Positions 1 to 8,319 of a stretch of 32,000 nt of DNA are shown here, piece after piece; positions within the stretch are counted from its first letter, which is position 1; each line of letters begins with the position of its first letter. The notes beneath the pieces are model-generated. The model did no database searches. It saw only the letters and a program-made list of their open reading frames with translations, and had not been told where the DNA came from. The stretch is taken from positions 1-32,000 of the forward strand of contig JBBIUF010000019.1 in assembly GCA_037440365.1 (NCBI GenBank), read 5' to 3'. The DNA comes from Chloroflexota bacterium. GTDB lineage: Bacteria; Chloroflexota; Anaerolineae; UBA4142. The translations under genes were made by a program, and so were the position numbers.

Positions 1-1187
1 GCTTCCGCTTCCCCCGCACGCGCCGCGTCATCCGCCAACAGCATGCCGAGGTTGTTGTGCGCGCCAGCATCCTTCGGGTCAAGCCGAATCGCTTCGCGAT
101 ATGCGTTCTCAGCATCCACTAAATTATTGACTTGATGCGATTTGAGTCCTTGGGCAAAAAATGCCAACGCGCGATGCTTTTTTGCGTTTACCTGTTGTTG
201 CTCGGTCTGTTTTTCCAGCGCGGTTGCAATCTCCGCAAGCATATCAGCGACTTTGTCTTCTTGTGGAAAACGCTTGAGTTGTTCAATCATTTCATCTTGC
301 CGCTTGGATATGGAACCTAGCATTGTTGCAACATGAAAGCCGACCACGCCGCGAATATCTTCCATCAGCGCATCAAAGCCCTCAATCTCGACGAGGGAGC
401 CATGTTTCTTTTTCAGTAATGCCTTGACCTGGGCGTTCAGTTCCTCGCCGCGCCGGACACACCAGTACAACTCGCGCTGGTCGGAAAGTCTTTCGTTCAG
501 CATTTTCATCACGGACTTGTCGCCGCCGCTATAGCCCACCACAATCAAATCGTACTCGTTTAACACACCGGCAACCTGTTCCACCATATTGGGGTCTTGC
601 GCGCGGAGCTCGCCGCCGGTATTTTTTAGTTTCGAGTAGAGGAAATCGCCATGCAGTTTGAGGATTTTTGGGCGCGTCGCGGTCAAACGCATTTCGGATG
701 CCAGCACGCCATAGGCATACACCACCGGGCGAATGTCGGTAAAGGTCGCGCACGCGCTATACACCAAATCATCAAAGTTTGTCGTGATCATCGCGTTGAG
801 GTACCCTGTTGCCATCAAGTTTGCCAGCATTACATAGCCCAACGATGGCTTGGCATCTCGGATAATTTTTTCCTCAATGTATTTTTGTCTGCCGCGTTCC
901 TTGGATTCCATCCGCACAAAGAGCGAACCATACGGATTTTTCGGATCATACCAGTCTTGTTTTACGATCCACGCTTCCTTTTCCGCATCGGTCTTGTATT
1001 CAGCGGGACACTCGCGCCCCCAAATTTCCTGTTTGAAATCGCGAATCATCCAACCGGCGGTAGGAATTCTGGAATCGGCGGACGCGCCCGCGCCAAGGAA
1101 AAACGCAAAGCGCGCGCTGGGTGTGTCAGCGTAACCTTTGATCTTGTACGCTAGATCTTTGATTGCGATTTGATTGAAATTGGACAT
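1..1187 (-). CDS. SIR2-like domain protein with C-terminal TPR-like repeat, truncated by left window edge
   Basis: Not in supplied ORF track because it has no stop inside the window. Minus-strand translation from ATG at 1187: MSNFNQIAIKDLAYKIKGYADTPSARFAFFLGAGASADSRIPTAGWMIRDF...; SIR2 motifs FLGAGASADSRIPTA, ITTNFDD, KLHGDFLYSKL, DLIVVGYSGGDKSV; TPR-like segment ALAFFAQGLKSHQVNNLVDAENAYREAIRLDPKDAGAHNNLGMLLA at the edge. Confidence 0.88.
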   Translation of the reverse strand, partial: MSNFNQIAIKDLAYKIKGYADTPSARFAFFLGAGASADSRIPTAGWMIRDFKQEIWGRECPAEYKTDAEKEAWIVKQDWYDPKNPYGSLFVRMESKERGRQKYIEEKIIRDAKPSLGYVMLANLMATGYLNAMITTNFDDLVYSACATFTDIRPVVYAYGVLASEMRLTATRPKILKLHGDFLYSKLKNTGGELRAQDPNMVEQVAGVLNEYDLIVVGYSGGDKSVMKMLNERLSDQRELYWCVRRGEELNAQVKALLKKKHGSLVEIEGFDALMEDIRGVVGFHVATMLGSISKRQDEMIEQLKRFPQEDKVADMLAEIATALEKQTEQQQVNAKKHRALAFFAQGLKSHQVNNLVDAENAYREAIRLDPKDAGAHNNLGMLLADDAARAGEAE

Positions 1188-1259
1188 TGTGGTCTCCAAA
1201 GAACAAGAGGATTGTGCGTCTGCAAGCATTCAACGGTTGCTTTCCTACCATCCCAACGA

Positions 1260-1937
1260 TTATTGTTCCACGTCAATTAGTCCCTTGCGAATGGCGTACT
1301 TGACCAACTCGGTGCGGCTGTGCAAATTGAGTTTCGCCATAATGTTGGCGCGATGCCGCTCGACAGTTTTCACGCTGATCGTCAACCGGTCGGCGATCTC
1401 TTGATTCAGCGAGCCATCGGCGATGAGTTTCAAGACTTGATGCTCGCGCTCGGTCAAGCCGTCAAACGTTTCACGCTCGCCGCCGCCCTGCGCCACGCGC
1501 CCCATATAATCGCGCACGAGCGATTTAGCCAGCGCGGGGTACAGGAACACGCCGCCGCCGCACACCGTGCGGATCGCCATCACCAGGTCGGTGGGCGCGG
1601 CTTTTTTCGGCACATAGCCGGACGCGCCGGCGTCAAGCATCTTGAAAAAGTATTCGTCGCTCTCGTGCATCGTCAACGCCAGGATCGCCACCTGGGGAAA
1701 CGCCTTTTTGATTTGGCGCGTCGCTTCAAAGCCATCCAGGTCCGGCAAGGAAATATCCATCAGCACAATATCCGGTTGGAGTGAACGCACCTGGGTCACC
1801 GCGTCGCGCCCGTTATCCGCTTCGCCCACAATGTCAATATCGGTCTGCGCCTGCAACAGCATCCGCAAACCCGCGCGCACAATTTCGTGATCGTCCACCA
1901 TCAAGAGTTTAATTTTGGTCATGGCTTGCTCCGTCAC
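1260..1937 (-). CDS. NarL/FixJ-family response regulator (REC + LuxR-type HTH)
   Basis: IKLLMVDDHEIVRAGLRMLLQ receiver motif, DIVLMDISLPDLDG phosphoacceptor region, C-terminal LTEREHQVLKLIADGSLNQEIADRLTISVKTVERHRANIMAKL HTH. Confidence 0.96.
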   Translation of the reverse strand: MTEQAMTKIKLLMVDDHEIVRAGLRMLLQAQTDIDIVGEADNGRDAVTQVRSLQPDIVLMDISLPDLDGFEATRQIKKAFPQVAILALTMHESDEYFFKMLDAGASGYVPKKAAPTDLVMAIRTVCGGGVFLYPALAKSLVRDYMGRVAQGGGERETFDGLTEREHQVLKLIADGSLNQEIADRLTISVKTVERHRANIMAKLNLHSRTELVKYAIRKGLIDVEQ

Positions 1938-2057
1938 ACCCTAAACGCACGAGTGTCATGGCGAGGAGCTGGTTTTGCGACGAAGCAATCCGCAACGTCG
2001 CTGGAGATTGCTTCGCCGCTTCGCGGCTCGCAATGACAAAATGGAATTTTTCACCCG

Positions 2058-4004
2058 TTACGCCATTGGCACTTGGACCGTTATCGTGGTGCCGCGCCCC
2101 AGCACAGACTCGACACTGAATTTGCCGCCGACGAGTTCGACGCGCTCTTGCACGCCGAGCAAGCCCCACGCCAGTTGTTTGCCCTGCTTGCCCAGAATGT
2201 CTTGGACAATAAAACCGCGCCCGTTATCTTGCACGGTGAGCGTGACGAGTTGCTCGGCGAATTCCAAACGCACCGTCGCCTGGGTTGCGCGCGCGTGCCG
2301 CCCCACATTGTTCAAGCCCTCTTGCGCGATGCGAAACAAGACCGTTTCAACGCGCAAAGGCAAGCGGCATTTGTTGCCCGTCACTTGAAACTCGACCTGG
2401 AGTTTGGTGCGCTCGGCGTACTGTTGCGCAAACCAGCGCAATGCCGAAACCAAGCCCATATCGTCGAGGACGGACGGGCGCAAGTCCGCGACGAATTGGC
2501 GCAGACTGTCAATCGAACTCATCGTCATGGTTTTGAGTTGCGCGATTTGTTTTTGCGCGAGCGGTGGATTTTGCGCAATGGTTTCCTCGATGCCGCCCAA
2601 GCCCACCGCGAGCGCGGTCAGCATTTGCCCGGTTTCGTCGTGCAGTTCGCGCGCGATGCGTTTGCGTTCTTCTTCCTGCGCGGCGACCGCGCGTTCCAGC
2701 AATTGCCCGCGCAGATATTCGCGCTGTTGCACCTCGGCATAGAGCCGCGCATTTTCCAGCGCAATGCCCAGTTGCCGCGCGAGCGTTTGAATCACGGCAT
2801 AGTTTGAAAACGCGGCGCGATGCGCGAGGCACAATGCGCCGACAATGTCGCCGCGCGCGATGAGCGGAACGGCAATGAACGAGGTCGCCGTTTGGCTTGC
2901 CGAGTCATACGCGATCGCGCCCGATTCATACGCTTCATGCGCGGCGCGCTTGGCGCACTCGTCTTCTTTCAGCGCCAAGCGCAGATGCGGGTCGCGCATT
3001 TGACACGCCCGCCGGACGAGCCCGTGCGCGTCGCGATCATGCAAATACACAATGCCCGCGATCATCGGATCCAGCATCGTCACGATCTTGGCGAGTGACT
3101 CGTCAAGCAATTGTTGCATGTCCAGCGACGTGCCCAGGATGCGGCAGGTCTCGAACATGACCATCAATTCGCGCGTGGCGATTTCTTGCGCCGCAAAGCG
3201 CGCTTGGTTCGCGGCGTCCAAGCGCCGCGCGTATTCCACTTCAAAGACGCGCAACATTCGAATCACAAAAATTGCGAGGAATGCAATCGCAAGGATCCGA
3301 AAAACTTCGATGGGCAACCCGAACACGGCGAGAAACATATCGCTATTGAGCCAGGACGCCGGAAAGTACGGCGTGCGCACGTCAATGATCTGATCGAGCA
3401 ACGCGTACCAGCCAATCGCCAATGCCGCGCCCACCATCTCGCGCCCAAACTGCGGCATCCCGTCGCGCAAAAACGCGCGGCGTTGCGCGAGCATCGCCAA
3501 CACAGTTAGAATCGAACCGGGTAAACCGATGCTGTAATTCGTCCACTCTTCGGCAAGCGCGAGGCGGAGCGGAAACACATCGGTGGGTTGATACGCGTGT
3601 TGCAACCACAGAATCCCAGCCAGGTAAAGCATCGAAATCGCCATCGGGATCCAACGCAACCAACGTTTGTGTTGCGGCAACAGTTGGATCAGCAGGCGCA
3701 CGCCAAATTCCAGCAGGCAGAAAAACGACAAGCCCTTCCAGCCGATCTTGACGATTTCCGCCCATTCCGGCTCGCGCGCCACCGTGGGAATCTGCGCCGA
3801 GATCATGGAGAGCATTTCGATCCATTCATTGATGCCGTGGGTGATGCCAAACGCGGCGAGGAACGGCAAGGCGCGGAACAGACGCAATTGGCTCGTGCGC
3901 CCGGTTTCCAGCGCGACGGCAAAGCCGGTGATGAAATGCACCAGCCCATAGACAAAATAAATCGGAATGATGTTCGCTTGGAGAAATGCGGCCAGAACAA
4001 GCAT
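2058..4004 (-). CDS. Sensor histidine kinase: multi-TM N-terminus, GAF domain, HisKA_3/HATPase (NarX-like class)
   Basis: Hydrophobic N-terminal half; GAF-like region ILGTSLDMQQLLDESLAKIVTMLD...VIQTLARQLGIALENARLYAEVQ; H-box RKRIARELHDETGQMLTALAVGL; G boxes QDNGRGF / LLGVQERVELVGGKFSVESVLGRGTTITVQVP. Confidence 0.95.
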   Translation of the reverse strand: MLVLAAFLQANIIPIYFVYGLVHFITGFAVALETGRTSQLRLFRALPFLAAFGITHGINEWIEMLSMISAQIPTVAREPEWAEIVKIGWKGLSFFCLLEFGVRLLIQLLPQHKRWLRWIPMAISMLYLAGILWLQHAYQPTDVFPLRLALAEEWTNYSIGLPGSILTVLAMLAQRRAFLRDGMPQFGREMVGAALAIGWYALLDQIIDVRTPYFPASWLNSDMFLAVFGLPIEVFRILAIAFLAIFVIRMLRVFEVEYARRLDAANQARFAAQEIATRELMVMFETCRILGTSLDMQQLLDESLAKIVTMLDPMIAGIVYLHDRDAHGLVRRACQMRDPHLRLALKEDECAKRAAHEAYESGAIAYDSASQTATSFIAVPLIARGDIVGALCLAHRAAFSNYAVIQTLARQLGIALENARLYAEVQQREYLRGQLLERAVAAQEEERKRIARELHDETGQMLTALAVGLGGIEETIAQNPPLAQKQIAQLKTMTMSSIDSLRQFVADLRPSVLDDMGLVSALRWFAQQYAERTKLQVEFQVTGNKCRLPLRVETVLFRIAQEGLNNVGRHARATQATVRLEFAEQLVTLTVQDNGRGFIVQDILGKQGKQLAWGLLGVQERVELVGGKFSVESVLGRGTTITVQVPMA

Positions 4005-4109
4005 TTGTGTGGATCGGGGTCAGTGAGTGGTGGTCAGTGATTCAAAATCCGAGTACTGACAGCTGACATCTGACGCCAAACTTATTATACAAACGCGGCG
4101 CGATAAATG

Positions 4110-4147
4110 CAAAAACTCCCTCGCCGCAGTGAGACGGCGAGGGAGTT
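4110..4147 (-). terminator. Rho-independent terminator for the minus-strand NrfD operon
   Basis: Perfect 13-bp stem AACTCCCTCGCCG / CGGCGAGGGAGTT (4114-4126 / 4135-4147), followed on the minus strand by TTTTT; located just 3' of the NrfD-like stop. Confidence 0.8.
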
Positions 4148-4170
4148 GGACGCCAAGCCAGACCGCTCGT

Positions 4171-5742
4171 CTAGGCGTGCATCGGTTCAGCTTGGTGCGT
4201 AAAGACGGGCAAGTTTTTAGCGATCAATCCAAAGCCGACGACACCGAGTGAGAGCAAGAACACGCTAATGGTGATTTCGCCGACCGATGGAATATAGTAC
4301 GGGCCTGCGCCCGCATACGAAGCCCAGCCGAGCAAAGCCGTATTCAAGCGATTGAGAATCACGCCGCCCACGATCAGCCACGCCGAGGCATAGACAATGC
4401 GTGGATTGGCGCGCCCGCGCTTGGTGAGCAGAATGAGCATGGGCGCAATGACGCCCAAGCCCATTTCGATATAGTAGAGCGCGCTGTGGAAACCGGGCAC
4501 GAGCAAATAGGACGTTGCGCCGCGCGCGATCAGGTCAACCACCTTGAGCGCAAAATACAGCACCAGGACAATGCCCGCCGCGCGCCCCAGGTCCGCCAGC
4601 AAATCGCTTTCCAATTCCTTGCCAAACGCGCGCGCGCTTAGATTCGATTCGACAATCGTCATGCCCAAGCCGACGATCACCGCGCTCAGGAAGAAAAAGA
4701 CGGGAAGCAGAGGCGAGTACCAGAGCGGGTTGATCTTTTCTGGAAAGATCAGGAACAAGGTGCCGAGCGATGATTGATGCAACGTGGAGAGACACATGCC
4801 CAGGATCACAAGCGGGATCGTGATCGCGCGCATCACCTTGAGGGGCCAGTCGAGTTTGAAGCGTTCAAAAATGATCGGGCTAAATTCAAGCGCGAGCACC
4901 GTCGTGTAGAGAATGACACACCACGCCACTTCGAGCAAGGGCGAGTGCAAATTCCACATGAACATGGGATGCCACACATTGTACCAGCGTCCCAGGTCAA
5001 AGAGCAAACCGACGATGACCAGCAGGTAACCCAGGAGCGCGGTCAAGATCGCCGGGCGCACAATCGGCTGAAAGCGTTTAAGGTTGAACACGTGCACCGT
5101 GCCAGCCAGGACAAAGCCGCCTGCCGCCAGCGCGACGCCGCTCACCACATCAAAGCCAATCCAGATCCCCCACGGCGATGCGTCACTCATGTTCGTCATA
5201 TAGCCCAAGCCGAAAAAGAAGCGCACCACCGTCAAGCCGATGCCTGCCGTCCACAAGAGCGCGACCAAACTGACCGCGACCAGCGCGCGCCCGGATAAAC
5301 GCGGTAGTTGGATGCGTTGCAAAATTGGAAAGCGTTGGATCAGCGGCGTTGAAATTTCCGGCGTGAGTTCCGGGTGGAGTTTGCGCTCGAGCCACTTGCC
5401 GCCCAGCACCAATACGCCAATCGGCACCATCACGCGCAGGGCGAACAAGTACGCCAGCACCACCGCGTCGCGCGCCATGAGCAACACGGAGATGAACTGA
5501 TTCGTCGCGAGCATATAGCCGATGTAGAGAATCAGCATGATCGCAATCGCGCTTCCGGCGGCAACCAACGCGGGTGGAAAACTAGAGCGCGATTGAGCGG
5601 AAACAACGACCGTCCGATTCGTCAAACGCGGCTCAAGCCAGCGCTGTAACAAGTACAACACGCCAAAGATCAAAACGAACGGCACGACGAGCCGCGCAAT
5701 GAACATGAATACCAGCATAAAAAATTCGAGTGTGGGCGACAT
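4171..5742 (-). CDS. NrfD/HybB/PsrC-like polytopic quinone-interacting membrane subunit
   Basis: 523 aa, about 10 TM segments; sequence such as MGYMTNMSDASPWGIWIGFDVVSGVALAAGGFVLAGTVHVF and LGTLFLIFPEKINPLWYSPLLPVFFFLSAVIVGLGMTIVE, typical of HybB/HmcC-like NrfD proteins. Confidence 0.9.
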   Translation of the reverse strand: MSPTLEFFMLVFMFIARLVVPFVLIFGVLYLLQRWLEPRLTNRTVVVSAQSRSSFPPALVAAGSAIAIMLILYIGYMLATNQFISVLLMARDAVVLAYLFALRVMVPIGVLVLGGKWLERKLHPELTPEISTPLIQRFPILQRIQLPRLSGRALVAVSLVALLWTAGIGLTVVRFFFGLGYMTNMSDASPWGIWIGFDVVSGVALAAGGFVLAGTVHVFNLKRFQPIVRPAILTALLGYLLVIVGLLFDLGRWYNVWHPMFMWNLHSPLLEVAWCVILYTTVLALEFSPIIFERFKLDWPLKVMRAITIPLVILGMCLSTLHQSSLGTLFLIFPEKINPLWYSPLLPVFFFLSAVIVGLGMTIVESNLSARAFGKELESDLLADLGRAAGIVLVLYFALKVVDLIARGATSYLLVPGFHSALYYIEMGLGVIAPMLILLTKRGRANPRIVYASAWLIVGGVILNRLNTALLGWASYAGAGPYYIPSVGEITISVFLLSLGVVGFGLIAKNLPVFTHQAEPMHA

Positions 5743-5789
5743 GGGATTCCTCCAGGATCAAGCTCACAGGTTACAGCCTGACAAGCAAG

Positions 5790-6713
5790 TTATTTTTGAA
5801 GCGTGACCGGCGCGGGTTCCGCTTTGGCTTCATTGCGATGCGTCCACCATGCGATGCCGCTGAGCAAAACAGCCACCGAGCCAAGCACCGCAGGAATTTT
5901 TTCCATCGCCGCCCAGGTCAACTTGGGCAGGGGTTCATTCGGCAAGTCCGTGCGGAAACCTAGCACATCAAAGGGCGTGGCGGTGAGATACAAGCGGGAC
6001 GTGCCGCCAATCACATTTTCGCCATAGACTTGATCAATATACTGAGTCGGGTTCTGGCGGATGATCGTATGCGCGGTCGCCAACAATTCTTCGCGACTGC
6101 CATAGCTCAGCGCTTTTGCCGGACACGCGGCGACACACGCAGGCTTGTCGCGTTTGCCATCCGCCATACACGCTTGCTGACATTTATTGATCTTGGGATT
6201 CGGCGAATTCCAATCGTACTTGGGAATGCCAAACGGACACGCCGTCATGCAATAGCGGCAACCGATGCACACATTGGCGTCATACGCCACCGTGCCATCC
6301 GCTTTTTTGTACAACGCACCCACCGGACACACTGACACGCACGCAGGGTCCTGGCATTGCATACAACCGAACTTGTACGTTTTGACAATAGGTTTGTTTA
6401 GATCTGTCGAAATGTTTTTAAAGCAAACAATCGAGAGGGTCGTTGCCGAAAGACACGTGGGATTGTCGTCAGTGGGCAGGTTGTTGGCAACCTTGCACGC
6501 AGTCTGGCAACTCTTGCAACCCACGCACTTGGTCGTGTCAATCAACACGGCTGAGCCGGCGCGCGGCGAAATTGGCACGGACGCATTCGGATTCAACAAC
6601 ACCGGTGGTGCAATCTTGGCTCCCACCCCGGCTAACGCCGCGCTCGCCCCCACTAATTTAAGAAAATCACGTCGTGAAATATTCATCACTCGCCTCCTTG
6701 CGGCAATCATCAA
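5790..6713 (-). CDS. HybA/HmcB-like 4Fe-4S ferredoxin subunit with Tat-like signal and C-terminal TM anchor
   Basis: N-terminal NISRRDFLKLVGASAALAGVG; cysteine motifs CVGCKSCQTACK, CMQCQDPACVSVCP, CIGCRYCMTACPFG, CQQACMADGKRDKPACVAACP; C-terminal VLGSVAVLLSGIAWW. Confidence 0.94.
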   Translation of the reverse strand: MMIAARRRVMNISRRDFLKLVGASAALAGVGAKIAPPVLLNPNASVPISPRAGSAVLIDTTKCVGCKSCQTACKVANNLPTDDNPTCLSATTLSIVCFKNISTDLNKPIVKTYKFGCMQCQDPACVSVCPVGALYKKADGTVAYDANVCIGCRYCMTACPFGIPKYDWNSPNPKINKCQQACMADGKRDKPACVAACPAKALSYGSREELLATAHTIIRQNPTQYIDQVYGENVIGGTSRLYLTATPFDVLGFRTDLPNEPLPKLTWAAMEKIPAVLGSVAVLLSGIAWWTHRNEAKAEPAPVTLQK

Positions 6714-6749
6714 CGCACGTTCGCCTGGAGCTTGCCAAGCGAGCGTGGG

Positions 6750-7136
6750 TTACACGCCCAGCGCTTTCGGTTGATACAGCGCACAGGTAAAACATTCGGC
6801 ATTCACATTGCCGCCATCGGCTTGCAGTGCCAGCCAGCACGGCAGATCAGGATGTTGCGCCGCGGCGTTCTGCGCGCGCATCGTCGCTTGATTCTGGAGC
6901 GTATCCCAGCAATGCCCTTGCGCCTCAATTGTTTTCGCCGCGCGCGCCGGGAACGGAATAATTTTTGCGGTGGGGCGCACGACGCGGCGAATTTCGGTTT
7001 GCGGTTGCAATTTCTTTTCGAGCCAGCGTCCGAACGCCAGCGTCAACACGAGCGGCACGCCCACCCGCAAGGCGAACATCACAATCAAACCCGCCAAGTC
7101 AATCAACCCATCGAGCAACATGGTACACCTCCGCAA
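6750..7136 (-). CDS. Small single-TM protein with four-cysteine C-terminal tail, NrfD-operon associated
   Basis: 128 aa; N-terminal helix MFALRVGVPLVLTLAFGRWLEKKLQ; tail cysteines GHCWD, LPCWLAL, AECFTCAL. Same orientation and tight spacing with the ferredoxin gene. Confidence 0.75.
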   Translation of the reverse strand: MRRCTMLLDGLIDLAGLIVMFALRVGVPLVLTLAFGRWLEKKLQPQTEIRRVVRPTAKIIPFPARAAKTIEAQGHCWDTLQNQATMRAQNAAAQHPDLPCWLALQADGGNVNAECFTCALYQPKALGV

Positions 7137-7151
7137 CGTTCCGGTTGAACA

Positions 7152-7274
7152 TTACATCGTGGTCGTGTGATTCAACGCGCGTTCAAGGCGGCGACCGAGA
7201 TACAGTGTGAACAACACCGGCAAGGCAACGCGCGTGACAAACAGCGTGAGGACGAACACGATTTCGTTCAACAT
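7152..7274 (-). CDS. Putative 40-aa single-TM microprotein, first gene of the NrfD operon
   Basis: Below the supplied ORF cutoff; read manually: MLNEIVFVLTLFVTRVALPVLFTLYLGRRLERALNHTTTM*. Same helix module as neighbouring proteins (see findings). Confidence 0.6.
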   Translation of the reverse strand: MLNEIVFVLTLFVTRVALPVLFTLYLGRRLERALNHTTTM

Positions 7275-7377
7275 TTTGCGCCTCCCACGGAGCGCGTCTC
7301 TGCGATCCGTCTCTGCCTATGGTATACCACGCCAGCCCGTGCAGTGACTATCCGCTATGCGGTGCATCTTGACGTGA

Positions 7378-7412
7378 GGGCAACACCCCATTCGTGCATG
7401 GGGTGTTTGCCC
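7378..7412. other. Stem-loop in the divergent intergenic region upstream of arsR
   Basis: GGGCAACACCCCAT-TCGTGC-ATGGGGTGTTTGCCC, 14-bp stem with one bulged base; no U-run. Confidence 0.6.
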
Positions 7413-7433
7413 GAATCACGCGCGATTCGATAT

Positions 7434-7477
7434 TTGACACAGCAGAAGCATCGGCATAAAATTCAATATAGATTGAA
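7434..7477 (+). promoter_or_regulatory. Sigma70-like promoter with overlapping ArsR-type operator
   Basis: TTGACA (7434-7439), 17-nt spacer, TAAAAT (7457-7462), followed by TTCAA-N6-TTGAA (7462-7477). Confidence 0.7.
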
Positions 7478-7504
7478 CTATTTGGACGATGAAAGGATGC
7501 GAGC

Positions 7505-7891
7505 GTGGGCAATGCTAAACTAGCTGACATTGCGCAGATCATGAAAATCCTCGGCGACCCGTCGCGTTTGGCGATTTTCAATTTGCTCATGCAAGGTGTG
7601 CAATGCAATTGCGAGCTGGGCAACAAGCTCAACCTACCGATGAATCTCATTTCGCATCACCTCAAAGTGTTGCGCGTGGCAGGCTGGGTGAACGCCGCGC
7701 GCGATCCAACTGACGCGCGTTGGATTTATTATTCAGTGAACGATCAAGTGCTGGAGCAACTGCGCGGGCAATTAAATCAATTTCTGGACGCGCGGCGGAT
7801 TCAACCGCGTCAGCCAGTGTGTGGACCACATGCACTTGCGAAAAAACCACCCCAATCCTATCGTTCAATGACTAACCGGAGGCAATCTTGA
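7505..7891 (+). CDS. arsR: ArsR/SmtB-family transcriptional repressor
   Basis: GTG start; ADIAQIMKILGDPSRLAIFNLLMQGVQCNCELGNKLNLPMNLISHHLKVLRVAGWVNAARDPTDARWIYYSV; heads the arsenic cluster. Confidence 0.93.
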   Translation: MGNAKLADIAQIMKILGDPSRLAIFNLLMQGVQCNCELGNKLNLPMNLISHHLKVLRVAGWVNAARDPTDARWIYYSVNDQVLEQLRGQLNQFLDARRIQPRQPVCGPHALAKKPPQSYRSMTNRRQS

Positions 7892-8319
7892 AACGTCGGG
7901 TTCTGTTTTTGTGCACCGGAAATTCAGCGCGTAGTCAGATCGCCGAAGCACTCGTGAATCATCAGCGCGGCGACCAATGGCAAGCGTTCTCGGCTGGGAC
8001 ACGCCCCACCGGTAGCGTGCACCCATTCGCAATTGAGGTGATGCGTGAAATTGGCGTGGACATTGCCAACGCCCACAGTAAATCCACGGATGAATTTCGC
8101 AACGCCGCGTTCGATCAAGTTGTGACGGTGTGCGATCATGCGGCGGCGGATTGTCCCGTGTGGCTGGGTCAGGGCAAACGCACGCACATCGGTTTTCCTG
8201 ATCCCGCACGTGGCACGCTGGCTGATTTTCGCGCAACCCGCGACGCCATTCAAACTCGCGTCATTCCATTTTTGGATGCCCAATCAGATGAGCTGGCGCG
8301 AGCTGAGGTGGATCAATGA
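7888..8319 (+). CDS. arsC: Arsenate reductase, low-molecular-weight phosphatase type
   Basis: FLCTGNSARSQIAEAL P-loop-like CX5R motif; TVCDHAAADCPVW; GFPDPARG; overlaps the arsR stop. Confidence 0.94.
   Translation: MKRRVLFLCTGNSARSQIAEALVNHQRGDQWQAFSAGTRPTGSVHPFAIEVMREIGVDIANAHSKSTDEFRNAAFDQVVTVCDHAAADCPVWLGQGKRTHIGFPDPARGTLADFRATRDAIQTRVIPFLDAQSDELARAEVDQ

Noticed and set aside
651-1154. 167-aa plus-strand ORF
   Set aside because: Antisense to the SIR2-like gene that carries clear motifs in the minus-strand frame.
2073-2807. 244-aa plus-strand ORF
   Set aside because: Antisense to histidine-kinase catalytic region; composition is shadow-like.
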